The position numbers and the translations under genes were made by a program. Positions 24,301 to 37,599 of a DNA stretch of 64,000 nt are shown here, one piece after another (positions within the stretch are counted from its first letter, which is position 1; each line of letters starts with the position of its first letter). The stretch comes from Macrostomum lignano (taxonomy: Eukaryota), in assembly GCA_002269645.1 (NCBI GenBank), contig NIVC01000013.1:1321215-1385214 (forward strand), given 5' to 3'. The notes beneath the pieces are model-generated. The model did no database searches. It worked only from the letters and a program-made list of their open reading frames with translations, and was not told the DNA's origin.

Positions 24301-27300
24301 TATCGATACATATCGGACACATTTAGGATACGTATTTAGGCCTTGATTTAGGGCTGGAATCAAATTTTTGAGACAAACAGTAGTAGTAAGTTTGGGTCAA
24401 GTATAGTATTTTTTAATAAAAAATATATATTTAAAATAATGTTTCGATACATATCGGCAATTTTTTTCGAAACAGGCCGACAAGCGAGCAGAAGAAGCGG
24501 AACAGGCGAACCGTAGAGTTACCGACTTCCAATCGGAAGTTGATTCGCTAACTGATCGATTATCGGAGACTGCAAATCGACTGTCTTCAGCTACGTCAGA
24601 TCGAGACCGACTGTCGGAAGAGTTAAACAGTGTCCAGTCTCAGCTGACCTGGACTCAGCACAGATTAGAGGAGCAGCAGGATCGTGTCGCCGCTTTAACC
24701 GAGGAAGCCAAAGCTGCCGAATTGAGAATCGCCGCCGGTCAGCAAGAGGCTACCGAGTTAAAAGCTAGGATTGGTCATTTAATTGGCAGCTCGGAGGATA
24801 ATGAGCAAAGTGCAAGAAAGCAGATGGATAGTCTGAGGGAGGAGTTGGATACTAGGTTTGTACATAGCATTTTCTAAGGTGAACATTTAGCATGCCGTTT
24901 ATTTGAAGCTCGACGAGTTAGAATATCCCATTGTCGATAATCCTGATAATCCTGCGTCAAGATCCCATAGTTGAATAATCCCCATTATCGATAATCCAGC
25001 ATCAAGATCCCAAAGTTGAATAATCCCCATTATCGATAATCCAGCACCAAGATCCCAAAGTTAAATAATCCCCATTATCGATAATCCAGCATCAAGATCC
25101 CAAAGTTAAATAATCCCCATTATCGATAATCCGGCATCAAGATCCCAAAGTTAAATAATCCCCATTATCGATAATCCAGCATCAAGATCCCAAAGTTAAA
25201 TAATCCCCATTATCGATAATCCGGCATCAAGATCCCATAGTTAAATAATCCCCATTATCGATAATCCAGCATCAAGATCCTAAAGTTAAATAATCCCCAT
25301 TATCGTTCATCCAGCGTCAAGATTCCAAAGTTCCCCAACTCGCCACCCGTCCAGAACGCACGAGCTGCAGCGCGCCCGGCAGGAAGCGCAATCGCAAGTT
25401 GAAGCCGCAGAATCTTTGCGCTCCCAGGAGGCCGAAGCTGCGGAAGCGCGTGAACGCGAACTGAGCGAATCAGCGCGACAATTGCGAGCCAATCTGTCCA
25501 ACGTCGAGTCGGAGCTGCGTCAAAGAGAAGCCGATCTCAACGAATCTGAGTCCCGAGCTGCTCAGTTCGAGTCGGCTCTCGCCGATGCCGAAGCCGCCAG
25601 GCTGCGCGCCGTTGCCGAACGCGACGCTTTGGAGGCCGACGCAGCCCGCGCCAACGCTGCAGCCGAAGCTGCCGCCGCCGAATCGGCGGAATTGCGCGCC
25701 GAGATGGCGCGCCAAAATGAGCACCTGGCCGGGGTGCGCGAGGCCGGTGAAAGTCGGGCAGCCGATTTAGAGGCTACGTTTGGCAAATTGAGACTTGAAA
25801 TGGAGACTAAGTCTGCCGAGGCTGAAGAATGGAAGACCAAGTGCCAGGAGATGGAGAACTCAATCCAGACTCACGAATCTGAATCCGGTCAGTTGAAATC
25901 AGAACTGGAAGAATGGAAGACCAAGTGTCAGGAGATGGAGAACTCAATCCAGACTCACGAATCTGAATCCGGTCAGTTGAAATCAGAACTGGAAGAATGG
26001 AAGACCAAGTGTCAGGAGATGGAGAACTCAATCCAGACTCACGAATCTGAATCCGGTCAGTTGAAATCAGAACTGGAAGAATGGAAGACCAAGTGTCAGG
26101 AGATGGAGAACTCAATCCAGACTCACGAATCTGAATCCGGTCAGTTGAAATCAGAACTAGAAGAATGGAAGACCAAGTGCCAGGAGATGGAGAACTCAAT
26201 CCAGACTCACGAATCTGAATCCGGTCAGTTGAAATCAGAACTGGAAGAATGGAAGACCAAGTGTCAGGAGATGGAGAACTCAATCCAGACTCACGAATCT
26301 GAATCCGGTCAGTTGAAATCAGAACTGGAAGAATGGAAGACCAAGTGTCAGGAGATGGAGAACTCAATCCAGACTCACGAATCTGAATCCGGTCAGTTGA
26401 AATCAGAACTGGAAAAATGGAAGACCAAGTGCCAGGAGATGGAGAACTCGATCCAGACTCACGAATCTGAATCCGGTCAGTTGAAATCAGAATTGGAAGA
26501 ATGGAAGACCAAGTGCCAGGAGATGGAGAACTCAATCCAGACTCACGAATCTGAATCCGGTCAGTTGAAATCAGAATTGGAGGAATGGAAGACCAAGTGT
26601 CAGGAGATGGAGAACTCGATCCAGACTCACGAATCTGAATCCGTTCAGTTGAAATCAGAATTGGAGGAATGGAAGACCAAGTGCCAGGAGATGGAGAACT
26701 CGATCCAGACTCACGAATCTGAATCCGGTCAGTTGAAATCAGAATTGGAAGAATGGAAGACCAAGTGTCAGGAGATGGAGAACTCAATCCAGACTCACGA
26801 ATCTGAATCCAGTCAGTTGAAATCAGAATTGGAAGAATGGAAGACCAAGTGTCAGGAAATGGAGAACTCAATCCAGACTCTCGAAGCTCAGTGTAATCAG
26901 TTCAGATCAGAGGTTGAAGAGTGGAAGAGCAAGTGTCAGGAGTTGCAAGCTGAGCTAAACAGTAGTTTGCAGGGAGCTGATGCTCAACTCACTCACCTCA
27001 GAGAATCAGTTGAAACGAAGACGGCCGAACTGGAAGAATGGAAGTCAAAGTATCAGGGTATTGAGCAAATTGTACAATCCGGCGAGTCTCAGCTGTCTTC
27101 CTTACGGTCAGAATTTGAGGCTAAGAATACAGAGGCTGAAGAATGGAAGTCCAAGTGCTCAGATTTAAACGACCAAGTGACTAATTTAAACTCGGAACTC
27201 AAAGCAAAAACCGATGAGTCCGAAGAATTGCAGTCACAGTTGTCGCAACTAAAGTCATTGGTTGAATCCAAAAGCACCGAGGTTGAAGATCTGACAGCCA

Positions 27301-30300
27301 AATGCCAGATTGCCCAGTCTGAATTGGACAGCGTCAACCAAACTCACATGGAGCAATTGACTCAGATAAGAAACGAGTTAGAGACAAAAACTAGCGAAGC
27401 GAAAAGCTGGGAGTCCAAGTTTCATGAGGCTCAATCGCAGTTGGAGCGAAGCCTTCAAGGAGCCGACGTTCAGCTAAATGAATTGAGATCGGAGCTTGAA
27501 GCTAAAACGGCAACAGCTGAGAACTTCGAAGCAAAGTGCTCGGAGCTTCAAACTGAGGTAGAAAGCTGGCGTACAAAATTCCATGGAGTAGATGCAGAAC
27601 TAACTCAACTCAGATCAGAGGTTGAAGACAAGACAACTAAAGTTGAAGACTGGAAGAACAAGTGTCGCGAGTTTCAAGCAAAATTAAAAGCAACGATTCA
27701 AGCGCACAAAAAGCTGACCTCTGAATTCAACGAGTCCCAATCGAAGGTAGCTCAACTTGAGGAGTGCAAGATCAAAAATCAGGAGGCACAAAACGAGTTG
27801 GAAGCTAAGTTGCAAGCCTCAGAATCACAGCTAGCAAATCTACAAACTGACTTTGATGAAACGACAACTGCTATGGATACAAAATTTGCTGAATTGCGTT
27901 CCGAGGTTGAAGCGAAAAATTCTCAGGTAGAAGAATTGACAACGAAATGCCAAGAGATTCAATCTGAATTCAATAAATGCCTTGAATCGCGCGAAGCTCA
28001 AGTGTCTCAGTTCAAAGCTGAATTCGATGCAAAGGTGTCCGAAGTTGATAGCCTAAAGAGCCGGTGTCAAGAGCTGCAAGTCGAGCTGGACGGGGGCCAG
28101 CAGACGGCCGATGCTCAGCTGACCCATGTCCGGTCCGAGCTGGAAGCGAAAAATGCTGAAATTGACGACTGGAAGTTGAAATACCAAGAAACCAGCGATA
28201 ATTATGAGTCAAGTGAAGCGCAACTGTCTCAATTAAGATTGGAGCTTAAAACGAAATCTACCGAAGCGGATGACTGGAGAGCTAAATTCCAAGAAACTCA
28301 AAATCAACTTGACGCCGCGGTGCATTCTCACGAAGTTCAAATTTCGCAGCTGAGATCAGACATCGATGCAGCAGCTTCAGATGTAGAGCACTGGCGATCC
28401 AAGTGTCAGGAAGCGCAATCAGAGCTAGAGACAGCCATGCAGGCCCATGTAGACCAGCTAACACAATTGAAATCCGAATATTCGGCAAAATCTGCCGAGA
28501 CAGACGACTTGAAAGCAGCTCGTCAAGAGCATCAGCAACATTTGGAGCAGCTTTGCAGCGATTTAGCAGCCAGAGAGACCGAACTCTCCCAGCTGAGGTC
28601 AGATTGCGCAGCCAAAGCATCCGAAGCTGAAAATTGTTTGGCTAAGTGTCAGGAGCTTGAGCATCAATTAGCTCAACTGGGAAGCCAACTAGAAGCCAAA
28701 GAAATTGAATTAGGCCAATCGCGATCTGATCTTGAAGCCAAGTGTTTGGAGCTTGACGAACTCCGGTCCAGCAGCGAAGAGCACAGACGCCAGCTGGAGC
28801 AGTTTGGCAGCAGTCAGGAGGCAAGCGAGGCAGTCTTAGCCGAGCTGCGAGCTGACTGTGACACCAAAGCGGCCGAGGTGGATACTTTGAAGGCTCGCTG
28901 CAATGAACAGGAGAATGAGTTAAAGGAGCTGAGCAGCCGACTGGAAGCATCTGAGGCTGAGGCTACTCAAGCCCGTTCCGATTGTTTAGCCAAATCAGCA
29001 GAAGCTGAGAACTGGCTGGCTAAGTGTCAAGAGCAGCTGCAACGATTGCAAGAAGTTGAAGCTGGCGAAGAGTCGAAAGACGCCGAACTGTCTAAATTGC
29101 GATCGGATTTGGTTTCCGTGACAGCCGAGGCGGATAATTGGCGAGCGAAATGTGAATTGCTTGAGCAGGAGCAGGCTCTGCGGATGGATCAATTAGCCAG
29201 TGGTCAAGAAGCTATTGAGGCCGAACTTCGAGCTCAGATTTTCGAATTGACGGCTGAGAATCGGGCCAATTTGGAGGCGGCTGATGAAGCTCGAGAGAAG
29301 CTGGCCGCTACGGAAGCTGCCTCCGCAGATGCTGGCCGATCAACTTTGATGCGGATATTGAAAAAGATTGACAATCTGGTCGAAGCGTTGGATGTGAAAT
29401 CTTCAGACTCGGGCGAGGATAACGAGGGCGAGACTGCGGCGATGAATTTCCTTGATTTGGCGGCTGAAGCTGCTGCAGCGATGAAGCAACAACTGGCAGA
29501 GATGAAGACCGAACGGGAAGCTGAGGCTCAGGTGGGTATGATCTAATCTACAAAATGATTGTAAATCTGCTTGGCTATGACAAGATTACTGGTCAAGGTT
29601 AAGAGCTTCAATCTGACTAGAATCTTACGAGCGAAGTAATGGTAAATTCCGCTGAACCCTGAAAATGCACACGCTTACACAGCGTGTACAGCGGCCCTCA
29701 CTTTGTCATCGTCAACCAGTGCACACATTCTTTGCCTTTGGGGTTTTTATTGGAGGCAGGGGGCTGTGTAAAGCGACATTGTCACACAACCGGCGAGAGG
29801 CATTACTGCCTGCCTATTCCGCTGACTCCCCTGAGCAGGCACACAAGCGCGCGGATATGTACGCAGTCATATGCACAGGCACACACTCACAAGAGCGTAC
29901 AGCGGCCCTAACTGTATTTATCGTTAGGCATGTACACTTCACTGTGCCTTGGGGGTTGGCCCTCAAAGGCTGGTAATTGCACGAGCAGAGCCAAGCCGAG
30001 ATTCCAATTTAGCTCCAAAAATTAATGTGACTGCACTGGGAATCGAGCCTGGGCCCCTGGCACTTCAGAGCGCCGCGCCCGACCACTAGGCTACGGCCTC
30101 AAAATGACACTGGTCTGTTCAGTAGCAAGTGAAATTAAGTAGTATGTATTGCACCTGTGAAAAAGCAATCAAGCCATAAATTACTCGTAGTATTTTCTGT
30201 AGAACACTACAAAAGATATGAAAGGCAGATTAACTAAAATTCATGAGCAACTATGCTACTATTTTGAGTCAGTAGTTTAGAAGCATGTTACATGGAAAAT

Positions 30301-33300
30301 TTGTACCCATCGCGCAGTCTTTCCAACGTCGACTAGCAAGCCTGGAGTCTCAGTTGCAAACCAGCCAGTCTGAGGTTGATCAACTTCGCGAAGATGTCGA
30401 CTCGGCGTCCATTGAACGCGATCGTCTGGTTGTAGACGGTGCCGCTGAGGCCACTGAACTCAGACACCAGCTGGACGAGTTGCAACGTCGATGCGAGGCC
30501 TTGCAAGCTGAACTGTCGGAGGCCGAGGCTAGGGAGGCGGAACTTGAGGAGGCTAAGAAGTCCGACGGGCTTAATGTGGTGCGTTTTATCAATAGTTTGT
30601 TATTATTATTCGTTTAAGGATGATGCTACTGCTTAGTAGTCTGTTAGGCTTTTTAGGTCGGTTTTTAGGTATGTCAAGTAGATTTTTAGGTAGACTGGGT
30701 AGACTACTGAGCTGATTATGCAGGCTATTGAGTAAATTGTTTTGTAGATATTGAGTAGACTATTGCGTAGATTGACTAGATTGAGTAAACTATTGAGTAG
30801 ATTGAGTAGGCTTTTAGGTAGATTGAGTAGACTACTGGCTAGATTAAGTAGACTATTAAGTAGATTCAGTAGACTATTGGCTGATTGAGTAGGCTATTGG
30901 GTAGATTGAGTAAATTAAGTAGACTATTATGTAGATTGAGTAGACTATTATGTAGATTGAGTAGACTATTATGTAGATTGAGTAGACTATTGAGTAGATT
31001 GAGTAGACTATTGAGTAGCTTGGGTAGACTATTGAGTAGATTGAGTAGACTATTGAGTAGATTGAGTAGACTATTGAGTAGATTGGGTAGACTATTGAGT
31101 AGATTGAGTAGACTATTGAGTAGATTGGGTAGACTATTGAGTAGATTGAGTTGACTATTGAGTAGATTGAGTAGACTATGGGGTAGATTGAGTAGACTAT
31201 TGAGTAGATTGAGTAGACTATTGAGTAGATTGAGTAGACTATGGGGTAGATTGAGTAGACTATTGAGTAGATTGAGTAGACTATTGAGTAGATTGAGTAG
31301 ACTATTGAGTAGATTGAGTAGACTATGGGGTATATTGAGTAGACTGCTGGCTAGATTAAGTAGACTATTAACTAGATTAAGTAGGCTATTTGGTAGATTA
31401 AGTAGACTATTGTGCAGTCGTAGATTGGTTAAACGGATTGAGTAGGCTGTTGGGAAGTTTGAGTAGACTGCTATTGGTTAGACTGAGTGGACTATTGGGT
31501 AGATTAGAGACTATTGTTAAATACAGAACGAGAAAGTATTTTATTGGTTTGAAAGCTGTTTGATATTCAAAATTTTATTTAAAAAAATCTATTTAAAGTA
31601 TATATGTTTAGTATATACTTGCTATTTAAAATAAATAAACGTTTCCCTTAGCAGTTTCCACCGTCAATGTTCACTATGGCTTGCAAAGTTCAGGTAATTT
31701 TAGTTAAAGTAAAATATAAGACTATTCAGTTAGAAATCTCAAAATGCTCATTGGTGCCGTTGGGCTTGGCTGCTTTCTTCAGTTTTTGGCTTGTTGGTTT
31801 TGTTCTAATTGAAAATTTATCTGGTAAAATGTTTCACTTTCTACTTCTATTGGTGACTGTTCAGTAGCCTAAATAGTAAAATCTAGGCTAAATTTAGCTA
31901 CCTTAAATAAAAATTCAGGAGGTCATCCAGTCGGAGGTGAACAGGCAAAAGTCGGCCTCAGCCTCAGCGGAGGGCAGCGGTCAGCTGGAAGGTCGACCAT
32001 CTGACGGGTTCGAATGGGCTGAACAGCTGACCGACCGAATCGAGGCTGTCAAATCATCGGCTTTGTGAGTTCTCTTAGTACTTTAATTGATGAATAAGTT
32101 CAGTATTTGATTGAACGCAGTGATTTTAACAAAGGATTTTCCCGCTTTAGAAATACGCAACCGACTGGGGACACGGTTAGTCTGGAGGACTACGAAGCTC
32201 TTCGGATGCACACGACTGATCTGGAGGTAAGTAGTATAGAACGGTGTTTTTAGAGGTTTCAGCTCTGCTACTAATAAAATAATAGTGACAGAATCGCTAG
32301 AGTCATTGCAAACAACTCACTAGGTGACTACGGAGCGATTATTGTGACTTTTTAACAACTTAAACGTCTGTAATTGTGACCTAAGAGGCGACTGTTGAGT
32401 CACGAGCGCATCACGTGACCTGCAGAATCGTAACAGAGTCGCGAAAAAGTCGTCCAAGAGTCGTGTTAGCGCTTAACTTTTCTACTCTACTAACTTAAGT
32501 ACATGTAGACTTAATAGAGTTGTTAAAGATGCCCTTTAGAGGCAACTCAGTTACGACCCCAGAGTCGCAGGCAATAAAATAACTCAAATGGATTCTTTGA
32601 CGACTATCTTATCGTTTTTGGGCTGTCCAGAGTCACTTCTTTCCTATTTTACTTGCGTTACCTGCAACGACACGGTAGCGTTTCTCATCGGTTGATAACT
32701 GCGCACTTGTCTCAACTCTCAACCCCAACTTACTGTTTAATCTAGACTCAATTGAGCAGCGTCAGCGCCGAGCTGTCAAGTCTAAAGCTGAGATCGTCGC
32801 CGGAGCGACCGTCGGCGTCGCAGATTGCTCAACTGCCGTCGCCTGGCCCGTCCGAGTCGATGCAGTATCAGTTCGCTTCGTTTATCGAAATTCCCGAGAT
32901 TGAATACCTGAGAAATGTGCTGTTCAAGTATATGCTTGGAGAGAAGACCCAGGTAAGTTATTGTTTGTTTAATTCTGACATTGAGCTCTGGTTGTCTGAC
33001 AGCCTGGAGTGTCTTCCTGTCAGCAGTGTCTGCCTGTCAGGAGTAGGGTCTGACTGTCAAGAGTGTAGTGCCTGTCAAAAGTAGTGTCTGCCTGTCAGGA
33101 GCACTTTCAGCCCATCAAGAGTAGTGTCTTACTGTCAGGAGTGTAATGTCTGTCAGGAGTAGTGTCTGACTGTCAGGAGTGTAGTGTCTGTCAGGAGTAG
33201 TGTCTGACTGTCAGGAGTGTAATGTCGGTCAGGAGTAGTGTCTGACTGTCAGGAGTGTAGTGTCTGTCAGGAGTAGTGTCTGACTGTCAGGAGTGTAGTG

Positions 33301-34667
33301 TCTGTCAGGAGTAGTGTCTGACTGTCAGGAGTGTAGTGTCTGTCAGGAGTAGTGTCTGACTGTCAGGAGTGTAGTGTCTGTCAGGAGTAGTGTCTGCCTG
33401 TCAGGAGCAGTTTCAGCCCATCAAGAGTAGTGTCTGCCTGTCAGGAGTAGTGTCTGCCTGTCAGGAGTAGTGTCTGCCTGTCAGGAGTAGTGTCTGCCTG
33501 TCAGGAGTAGTGTCTGCCTGTCAGGAGTAGTGTCTGCCTGTCAGGAGCAGTTTCAGCCCATCAAGAGTAGTGTCTGCCTGTCAGGAGTAGTGCCTGTCAG
33601 GAGTAGTGTCTGTCAGGAGTAGTGTCTGCCTGTCAGGAGTAGTGTCTGCCTGTCAGGAGTAGTGTCTGCCTGTCAGGAGTAGTGTCTGCCTGTCAGGAGT
33701 AGTGTCTGCCTGTCAGGAGTAGTGTCTGCCTGTCAGGAGTAGTGTCTGCCTGTCAGGAGTAGTGTCTGCCTGTCAGGAGTAGTGTCTGCCTGTCAGGAGT
33801 AGTGTCTGCCTGTCAGGAGTAGTGTCTGCCTGTCAGGAGTAGTGTCTGCCTGTCAGGAGTAGTGTCTGCCTGTCAGGAGTAGTGTCTGCCTGTCAGGAGT
33901 AGTGTCTGCCTGTCAGGAGTAGTGTCTGCCTGTCAGGAGTAGTGTCTGCCTGTCAGGAGTAGTGTCTGCCTGTCAGGAGTAGTGTCTGCCTGTCAGGAGT
34001 AGTGTCTGCCTGTCAGGAGTAGTGTCTGCCTGTCAGGAGTAGTGTCTGCCTGTCAGGAGTGTAGTATCTGTCAGGAGTAGTGTCTGCCTTTCAGGAGTGT
34101 AGTATCTGTCAGGAGTAGTGTCTGCCTGTCAGGTCAGTAGCATCCAAATGTCAGAAGTATCTGACAATAATTGTAGTTCTCAAACTAACAAAACCCGAAC
34201 TTCAGACCCTGGCCAAGGTGATTTGCACTGTGCTGAAATTTAGCGAGCCCCAAATTCAACAGGTGCTTGACTACGAGTCGAAGAAAGCCAATGTAAGTCC
34301 AACTTATGAATTTATTGATTTTGCAATGCTAATACATAATAAAATTACGGTATATATAATATATAAAAATGTTTTGCCTTTATCTATCATTCAGAAATAA
34401 AGGCTTGAAAATAAATTCTGCAAACTTCGACTTAAGCTGGTATAAATCTGTACTAATTAATTATTTACGAGTATATTTAAGAAAGCGATAGATGTTGAAC
34501 TGGTGGCACCTGTTCTAATTATATATATAATCAGCAGTATTATTTGCACTAATAACTAAGCATACAACCATGCTTTTAATTAAAACAAAGTTTTAATGAA
34601 TTGAATAAAATGTTGTTTTTTTTGTTTTTCATTTCAGTCCTGGTTAGCGCTGAACCGACCTACATAG
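15339..34667 (+). CDS. GOLGA4: Golgin-245 / GOLGA4-like GRIP-domain trans-Golgi coiled-coil tether, about 2475 aa, 16 exons
   Basis: Phase-consistent exons: 15339-15389 (MFQRLKQKIEE), 18298-18723, 18830-18964 (DKSLRRISELKEQIELDQLAKRDLE), 20109-20234, 20310-20450 (LLTKCRDSIQSHKE), 21373-21849, 22901-23176, 23616-24047, 24476-24855, 25355-29531, 30318-30578, 31919-32064, 32151-32226, 32746-32952 (GRIP: EIEYLRNVLFKYM), 34206-34292 (LAKVICTVLKFS), 34638-34667 (SWLALNRPT*). Confidence 0.9.
15761..16630. mobile_element. hAT-like non-autonomous element in golgin intron 1
   Basis: CAGTGTTGG...CCAACACTG termini and a perfect 8-bp TSD GGTCTAAA on both sides. Confidence 0.85.
19035..19560. repeat. ~79-bp tandem repeat, about 7 copies (golgin intron)
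   Basis: AAACTGCACGCCAGCCAATCAGAGGCCGCCATCAAATTGGGGGTAGGGTAGGG... Confidence 0.9.
20545..21330. repeat. ~31-bp minisatellite with TCTAGATCTAG core (golgin intron)
   Basis: Direct tandem copies. Confidence 0.95.
21960..22690. repeat. Purine-rich ~17-bp minisatellite GAGAAGTAGAGTGGGGA (golgin intron)
   Basis: Direct tandem copies. Confidence 0.9.
24925..25325. repeat. 45-bp minisatellite (golgin intron)
   Basis: Unit CCCCATTATCGATAATCCAGCATCAAGATCCCAAAGTTAAATAAT. Confidence 0.93.
25825..26916 (+). repeat. Coding 84-bp (28-aa) tandem repeat, about 13 copies, in golgin exon 10
   Basis: Unit EEWKTKCQEMENSIQTHESESGQLKSEL. Confidence 0.97.
29660..30098 (-). mobile_element. tRNA(Gln-like)-derived SINE or tRNA pseudogene plus body
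   Basis: Head 30098-30028 reads GGCCGTAGCCTAGTGG...CTCTGAA...GGCTCGATTCC, with A-box, CTG anticodon-like loop and degenerate B-box. Stems are imperfect and the body boundary is approximate. Confidence 0.5.
30660..31510. repeat. 21-bp minisatellite GAGTAGACTATTGAGTAGATT (golgin intron)
   Basis: Direct tandem copies with degenerate edges. Confidence 0.92.
32280..32640 (+). repeat. Unclassified dispersed repeat; homologous to parts of 45130-45600 (minus strand)
   Basis: Shared blocks GCGACTGTTGAGTCACG, AAAGTCGTC(C/T)AAGAGTCGTG(T/C)TAGCGCT and GCAACTCAG...CCCCAGAGTC. Confidence 0.6.
33000..34135. repeat. 20/37-bp minisatellite based on CTGTCAGGAGTAGTGTCTGC (golgin intron)
   Basis: Direct tandem copies. 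Confidence 0.95.
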
Positions 34668-35345
34668 CCTACTTATAAACTCGACTTGTAGCAGTAGTAT
34701 TGATGGACATTGTTTTGAGTCTGTGATAACACCTTAAAAAAATATCAGCGTGAAAGAGAACCTTGCTCCCTTGGTGTGCATATTTTAATTTATCTCACAA
34801 TACTTGACTCAACTGTTTACAGTTTTCTTTTTAGTTTGAAAGCTAATACATAATTAGCTGGTATTATTAATCTAGCTCCATATACTGTTTGCGTTTGTCT
34901 ATTTGAAATTTAGTCTGAAGAAATAATAAAATAGCTCACAGCGACCACAGCACAGCCTCGTGACTTTTCATACATTCTTTTTGTGTAAAACCGTGTTGCT
35001 AAACTATTAATTACCATTGTTATCCGATATTTGGCAGTCAGTTTTATGGATTTATTATATTTGCGTGTTTCCGCCAATTTCATTTTTACTGTTTAATTAG
35101 CATCTCTGTTTTTAGCCCGTTCATTACGACTGTGTTCCGTGTGACCCATTTCATTTCTTGTTGTTTTGTTCCCGTTTTTAGCCAGGTATTTGTTGAATTT
35201 TTTCTCTTGAAATAAACTTTGTGGACTGAGTTAAACTTGCATGAAATTACATGCTTCCTGTGCAGATTCCCACTTCCTGAGAGGCCATTAACGATTAATA
35301 ATACTTTTCGGTATGCTTAACTACTTATTACTTATGCTACTTTAT

Positions 35346-35730
35346 GCCTCCCAGATCCTCAGTTGCTGGGCAGCCTCCCAGATCCTCATGTTGCTGGGCC
35401 AGCCTCCCAGATCTTCAGTTGCTGGGCCAGCCTCCCAGATCCTCATGTTGCTGGGCCAGCCTCCCAGATCCTCAGTTGCTGGGCAGCCTTCCAGATCCTC
35501 AGTTGCTGGGCCAGCCTCCCAGATCCCCAGTTGCTGGGCCAGCCTCCCAGAGTGTCAGTTGCTGGGCCAGCCTCCCACATTCTCAGATGCTGGGCCAGCC
35601 TCCCAGATCCTCATGTTGCTGGGCCAGCCTCCCAGATCTTCAGTTGCTGGGCCAGCCTCCCAGATCTTCAGTTGCTGGGCCAGCCTCCCAGATCTTCAGT
35701 TGCTGGGCCAGCCTCCCAGATTCTTGGTTG
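35346..35730 (+). repeat. 28-bp minisatellite CCTCCCAGATCCTCAGTTGCTGGGCCAG, array A
   Basis: Same unit as 47203-47590 in the opposite orientation. Confidence 0.92.
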
Positions 35731-36250
35731 CCGGGCCGCACTGCAGTTGACTGTTAAACTAATGAATAGTACAAAATGAAAACTGAGAATCCCGACTATT
35801 TTATTTACAACGGGCTCAAAAAATCATTTCAAAATATTTCGTTTTTATTATAAAAAGTTGTAGACAGAAAAAATAGTTTTACTCTACAGGCAAACGAGCT
35901 GGTTCTGTCAGAATAATAAAATTAACTGTAATAAGCTGTTAGTCACACAATGGAACAAGTTAACGGCAGAAAGCCTATACGAGCTATGCGAAGAATGCAA
36001 CAAAACGACAGGGAGAGAGATCAAAATATGAGTCTAAGTTACCGGAATGTTAAACACTAGGGCCAGAAAGAAAAAATTGTTTAACTATTAAACAGACTTG
36101 TCTACTCATATCTGTGAGAACTCATTTTTCCAAGAAACGAAAGTCAAACTATCCCATATCCTAAGGACAGATCCCAGCACGGTAAAATGAAATCGGTTGT
36201 ACTGACACTGAATCACAGTTTAATACTTGTGCACGCGCCGACAATCGCCC

Positions 36251-36462
36251 TCACAGCAGGCTGCATGCCTGCCAACTGCCTTTACTAGCATCATCAACAG
36301 CATCGGCAGCAGCTGCCTGACAGATCGCCCTGGTGGCCATCTGCTGCTCAGTAGCCGAACGAATCTCCAAGCGATCCAGCTGAGCGAGCAGTCGGTCTCG
36401 CCTTTTCAATTCTCTGGCCAGCTCTCGCGACAGCTTCGGATCCAGCGACTGGCATTGGCCTT
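36251..36462 (-). CDS. EHBP1: EHBP1-like terminal exon: end of bMERB and CaaX prenylation motif
   Basis: The phase-1 donor at 44518 (G|gtgagg) joins acceptor tttcag|AA at 36462. This gives (E)GQCQSLDPKLSRELARELKRRDRLLAQLDRLE...GSWQACSLL*. The ORF is not in the supplied track and was read by hand. Confidence 0.8.
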
Positions 36463-37599
36463 CTGAAATGCGTTTATTGGGTTTTAATGGTTGTTATAAG
36501 TCGGTGAGATGCTTAAACCGAGGGCGCCATCCGTCCCCTACAAATAGTGCGGATGGCAATTCTGTCCATTCCACTGACTCCTGAGTACATACAAGCACTA
36601 ATTTTGGCGCCGCAAGCACTCAGTTTAGCGCCGCAGGCACTCATTTTAGCGCAGCAGGCACTCATTTTAGCGCCGCAGACGCTCATTTTGGCGCCGCAGG
36701 CACTCATTTTAGCGCCACAGCCCGGTGCAAAAAGCTGCGTCTAGCGGACGTCTTTCGGACCATGTTGGGTCCTCAAAGGGGTCGCGTCAGCTTTGGGAAA
36801 AAAACACGAATTTTCACCTTAAACCACTGCAAAAGGTCAGATTGCAATTACTAAATGGTTAGAAAGTTTGTTAATGATGAACTTTTGTGGGTCCGTTTTT
36901 AGTCTGATTTCGTCCGTTTAGATCCGACCTAATTTTTTTAATTACTTTCGATCGCTGCATCAGTGCTTATAATTTGTCAAGATTTCGCTTAGTTTAAGAT
37001 TTATTTCTGAATATTAAACACATATTGTAATCACTTAGATAGTCTGTTTTAAACTGACATGTACCCCAAAAATGACCTTTTTCATTTCTATAGCTAATTT
37101 TGCTACTTACAACAGTAGAGCAGGTAGTAAAATGTGTTTTTAAAATAAGTTAAGCGCCTAAGAAAGCAGATTGGAGTTGCAATTGCAATTGCAAATTTTC
37201 TAAATTGGAGTTTGGTTAATTTTCCGGAATTCAGTAGAAATTTTATAGGTTCTTTGTTGTCAGTATTGAATGAATTGAATTTGACGAACCATTACCTCTT
37301 TTGTTTCAGTATTGGTCACATTTTTATATTAGCCCTAATTCAATATTAGGGCCTCAAGTAATCATGCTGTACGTACTACTGTTAGCAGCAGTGCAGCGAC
37401 AATAAATGTTCTGAATTTACACTCGTAATTAGGCAAGAATATACTGCAGTATTAGGTAAGGCTTTTATCAACAAATTTATCTTCTTTGAAGTGTGTTGGA
37501 AATTTGAAATCAATTGGTTAACTTTGTAAGAACTCCATATATTTATTGAAGAACGAGTTGGGACTCATGAATTAGCTCTATATTTTCAAAGAATTTTTA

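Noticed and set aside
25807-26871. 354-aa minus-strand ORF
   Set aside because: Antisense shadow of the golgin 84-bp coding repeat.
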